Assembly: GCF_016903815.1 (NCBI RefSeq)
Contig: NZ_CP069973.1
Source: Escherichia coli
Lineage (GTDB): Bacteria; Pseudomonadota; Gammaproteobacteria; Enterobacterales; Enterobacteriaceae
Length of the DNA stretch: 64,000 nt
Direction: 5' to 3' (one strand)
The notes beneath the pieces are model-generated. The model made no database searches. It saw only the letters and a list, made by a program, of their open reading frames with translations, and was not told the DNA's origin. Every line of letters starts with the position of its first letter. Position 1 is the first letter of the stretch. The position numbers and the translations under genes were made by a program. Below are positions 61,136 through 64,000 of the stretch, in pieces.

Positions 61136-62500
61136 TTGATTACACATATTAGCCCGCTTGGCTCCATGGATATGTTGTCGCAGCTGGAAGTGGATATGCT
61201 TAAACGCACCGCCAGCAGCGACCTCTATCAACTGTTTCGCAACTGTTCACTTGCCGTACTGAACTCCGGTAGTTTGACCGATAACAGCAAAGAATTGCTG
61301 TCTCGTTTTGAAAATTTCGATATTAACGTCTTGCGCCGTGAACGCGGCGTAAAGCTGGAACTGATTAATCCCCCGGAAGAGGCTTTTGTCGATGGGCGAA
61401 TTATTCGCGCTTTGCAGGCCAACTTGTTCGCGGTCCTGCGTGACATTCTCTTCGTTTACGGGCAAATCCATAACACCGTTCGTTTTCCCAACCTGAATCT
61501 CGACAACTCCGTCCACATCACTAACCTGGTCTTTTCCATCTTGCGTAACGCTCGCGCGCTGCATGTGGGTGAAGCGCCAAATATGGTGGTCTGCTGGGGC
61601 GGTCACTCAATTAACGAAAACGAGTATTTGTATGCCCGTCGCGTCGGAAACCAGCTGGGCCTGCGTGAGCTGAATATCTGCACCGGCTGTGGTCCGGGAG
61701 CGATGGAAGCGCCGATGAAAGGTGCTGCGGTCGGACACGCGCAGCAGCGTTACAAAGACAGTCGTTTTATTGGTATGACAGAGCCGTCGATTATCGCCGC
61801 TGAACCGCCTAACCCGCTGGTCAACGAATTGATCATCATGCCAGATATCGAAAAACGTCTGGAAGCGTTTGTCCGTATCGCTCACGGTATCATTATCTTC
61901 CCTGGCGGTGTGGGTACGGCAGAAGAGTTGTTGTATTTGCTGGGAATTTTAATGAACCCGGCCAACAAAGATCAGGTTTTACCATTGATCCTCACCGGCC
62001 CGAAAGAGAGCGCCGACTACTTCCGCGTACTGGACGAGTTTGTCGTACATACGCTGGGCGAAAACGCGCGCCGCCATTACCGCATCATCATTGATGACGC
62101 CGCTGAAGTCGCTCGTCAGATGAAAAAATCGATGCCGCTGGTGAAAGAAAATCGCCGCGACACTGGTGACGCTTACAGCTTTAACTGGTCAATGCGCATT
62201 GCACCAGATTTGCAAATGCCGTTTGAGCCGTCTCACGAGAATATGGCTAATCTGAAGCTTTACCCGGATCAACCTGTTGAAGTGCTGGCTGCCGACCTGC
62301 GCCGTGCGTTCTCCGGTATTGTGGCGGGTAACGTAAAAGAAGTCGGTATTCGCGCCATTGAAGAGTTTGGTCCTTACAAAATCAACGGCGATAAAGAGAT
62401 TATGCGTCGTATGGACGACCTGCTACAGGGTTTTGTTGCCCAGCATCGTATGAAGTTGCCAGGCTCAGCCTACATCCCTTGCTACGAAATCTGCACGTAA
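61136..62500 (+). CDS. ppnN: Pyrimidine/purine nucleotide 5'-monophosphate nucleosidase PpnN (LOG family, YgdH)
   Basis: 454-aa ORF ([14 protein letters not shown]...); apparent TTG start with AAGGAG upstream; LOG-family motif [10 protein letters not shown]. Confidence 0.9.
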
Positions 62501-63056
62501 TCTCCCCTCCCCCGGTGACGTTTGTTGCCGGGTTTTCTCGTTTTTGGTCACTTACTCATCAACTCATTTCATTTGTTATATGAATGTTTCTTACCACCCT
62601 CACGCGACAAATATCATCACAGTCAATATGTCATACAATTTATATTGCAACGCAAACGTTTCCCTATTTTCATAAACCGTATTTTATCGCTATGAAAAAG
62701 AAATTATCGCCATGATTAACTAAAAGTATTGATTTTTTCAGTTCAACCTACATATATTGCGCGCCCCGGAAGAAGTCAGATGTCGTTTAATGGGCAAATA
62801 TTGCCCTTAAATTCTCTTTTACTTTTAATTTACAGAGTAAAGCGTTGGGATAATCTATCTTCCAAGTAGATTATTGTATTTGGGATCAAGATCACTGATA
62901 GATACATAACTTGTGTGTATCTTTCCGCCCTCAAATTATTACGGCGGTAAATGATTAAGCCATCGCCGATAGACAGATTTCATTTTTACGGTCAGGCACC
63001 TTCCCGGGCTGAACTGGCTAAAAGCTGAATTATTTGCATTCCTCCAGGAGAAATAG

Positions 63057-64000
63057 ATGGAAACGACTCAAACCAGCACGATTGCGTCGAAAGACTCTCG
63101 TAGTGCCTGGCGCAAGACAGACACCATGTGGATGCTGGGCCTTTACGGCACGGCAATCGGCGCGGGCGTGCTGTTCCTGCCAATCAACGCCGGTGTTGGC
63201 GGTATGATCCCGCTGATCATCATGGCTATCCTTGCGTTCCCGATGACGTTTTTTGCTCACCGCGGCCTGACTCGCTTCGTACTGTCTGGTAAAAACCCGG
63301 GCGAAGACATCACCGAGGTTGTAGAAGAACACTTTGGTATTGGCGCAGGTAAACTGATTACCCTGCTCTACTTCTTCGCTATCTACCCGATCCTGCTGGT
63401 TTATAGCGTGGCAATCACCAATACCGTTGAAAGCTTCATGTCTCACCAGCTGGGTATGACGCCACCGCCGCGTGCGATTCTGTCGCTGATCCTGATCGTG
63501 GGTATGATGACCATCGTTCGCTTCGGTGAGCAGATGATCGTTAAAGCGATGAGTATTCTGGTATTCCCGTTTGTTGGCGTACTGATGCTGCTGGCTCTGT
63601 ACCTGATCCCGCAGTGGAACGGCGCTGCACTGGAAACGCTGTCTCTGGACACTGCATCTGCAACCGGAAACGGTCTGTGGATGACCCTGTGGCTGGCAAT
63701 TCCGGTAATGGTGTTCTCGTTCAACCACTCTCCGATCATCTCTTCTTTCGCCGTTGCGAAGCGTGAAGAGTACGGCGATATGGCAGAACAGAAATGCTCG
63801 AAGATCCTGGCATTCGCACACATCATGATGGTGCTGACCGTAATGTTCTTCGTCTTCAGCTGTGTACTGAGCCTGACTCCGGCAGACCTGGCTGCGGCTA
63901 AAGAGCAGAACATCTCGATTCTGTCTTACCTGGCTAACCACTTTAACGCACCGGTTATCGCGTGGATGGCTCCGATTATCGCGATTATCGCTATCACCAA
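63057..64000 (+). CDS. sdaC: Serine transporter SdaC (5' partial; runs off the window end)
   Basis: ATG at ~63057 opens a frame that stays open to the window end: METTQTSTIASKDSRSAWRKTDTMWMLGLYGTAIGAGVLFLPINAGVGG..., recognised as SdaC. Absent from the track because there is no stop. Confidence 0.88.
   Translation, partial: METTQTSTIASKDSRSAWRKTDTMWMLGLYGTAIGAGVLFLPINAGVGGMIPLIIMAILAFPMTFFAHRGLTRFVLSGKNPGEDITEVVEEHFGIGAGKLITLLYFFAIYPILLVYSVAITNTVESFMSHQLGMTPPPRAILSLILIVGMMTIVRFGEQMIVKAMSILVFPFVGVLMLLALYLIPQWNGAALETLSLDTASATGNGLWMTLWLAIPVMVFSFNHSPIISSFAVAKREEYGDMAEQKCSKILAFAHIMMVLTVMFFVFSCVLSLTPADLAAAKEQNISILSYLANHFNAPVIAWMAPIIAIIAIT

Noticed and set aside
63030-63941. 303-aa minus-strand ORF (and nested 156-aa ORF 63443..63913)
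   Set aside because: Antisense to the sdaC reading frame, which is strongly supported; typical shadow ORF.

Overview
This window reads as an Escherichia coli chromosomal segment running rpoS-nlpD-pcm-surE-truD-ispF-ispD-ftsB-ygbE-cysCND-iap, then a complete type I-E CRISPR-Cas locus (array, cas2, cas1, cas6e, cas5, cas7, cse2, cse1, cas3), a Hok-family toxin ORF, cysHIJ, queD, the poorly characterised ygcNOPQR/ygcS/ygcU/ygcW/yqcE/ygcE cluster, a second I-E array with a degenerate remnant, queE, ygcG, eno, pyrG, mazG-mazF-mazE-relA, rlmD, barA, gudDXP, yqcA, truC, yqcC, csrB, syd, queF, ppnN and the 5' part of sdaC. I do not see convincing evidence for a previously undescribed system: every substantial ORF belongs to a family I recognise, and the CRISPR-Cas locus is the known E. 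coli I-E system, although the Cas protein lengths differ from what I recall for the K-12 reference. The items most worth a second look are: (1) a 1432-bp IS3-family element with an intact A_AAA_AAG frameshift site, inserted exactly in the centre of a REP palindrome with a 4-bp direct repeat; (2) an intact 50-codon Hok-family toxin ORF immediately upstream of cas3; (3) a repeat-variant pattern in the cas-adjacent array that orders spacer acquisition; (4) the uncharacterised ETF/FixABCX-like catabolic cluster, which the IS now splits; (5) low-GC ygcG. CDS coordinates follow the supplied ORF track, with starts trimmed where the track ORF carries an N-terminal extension relative to the protein I recognise. 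Features I placed by counting bases (repeats, IS ends, hok ORF, csrB, REPs, terminators) may be off by 1-2 bp; in one place (ygcE) my base counting disagreed with the track by 1 bp. No database search or computation was run; all homology statements are from recognition of protein sequence and gene order.
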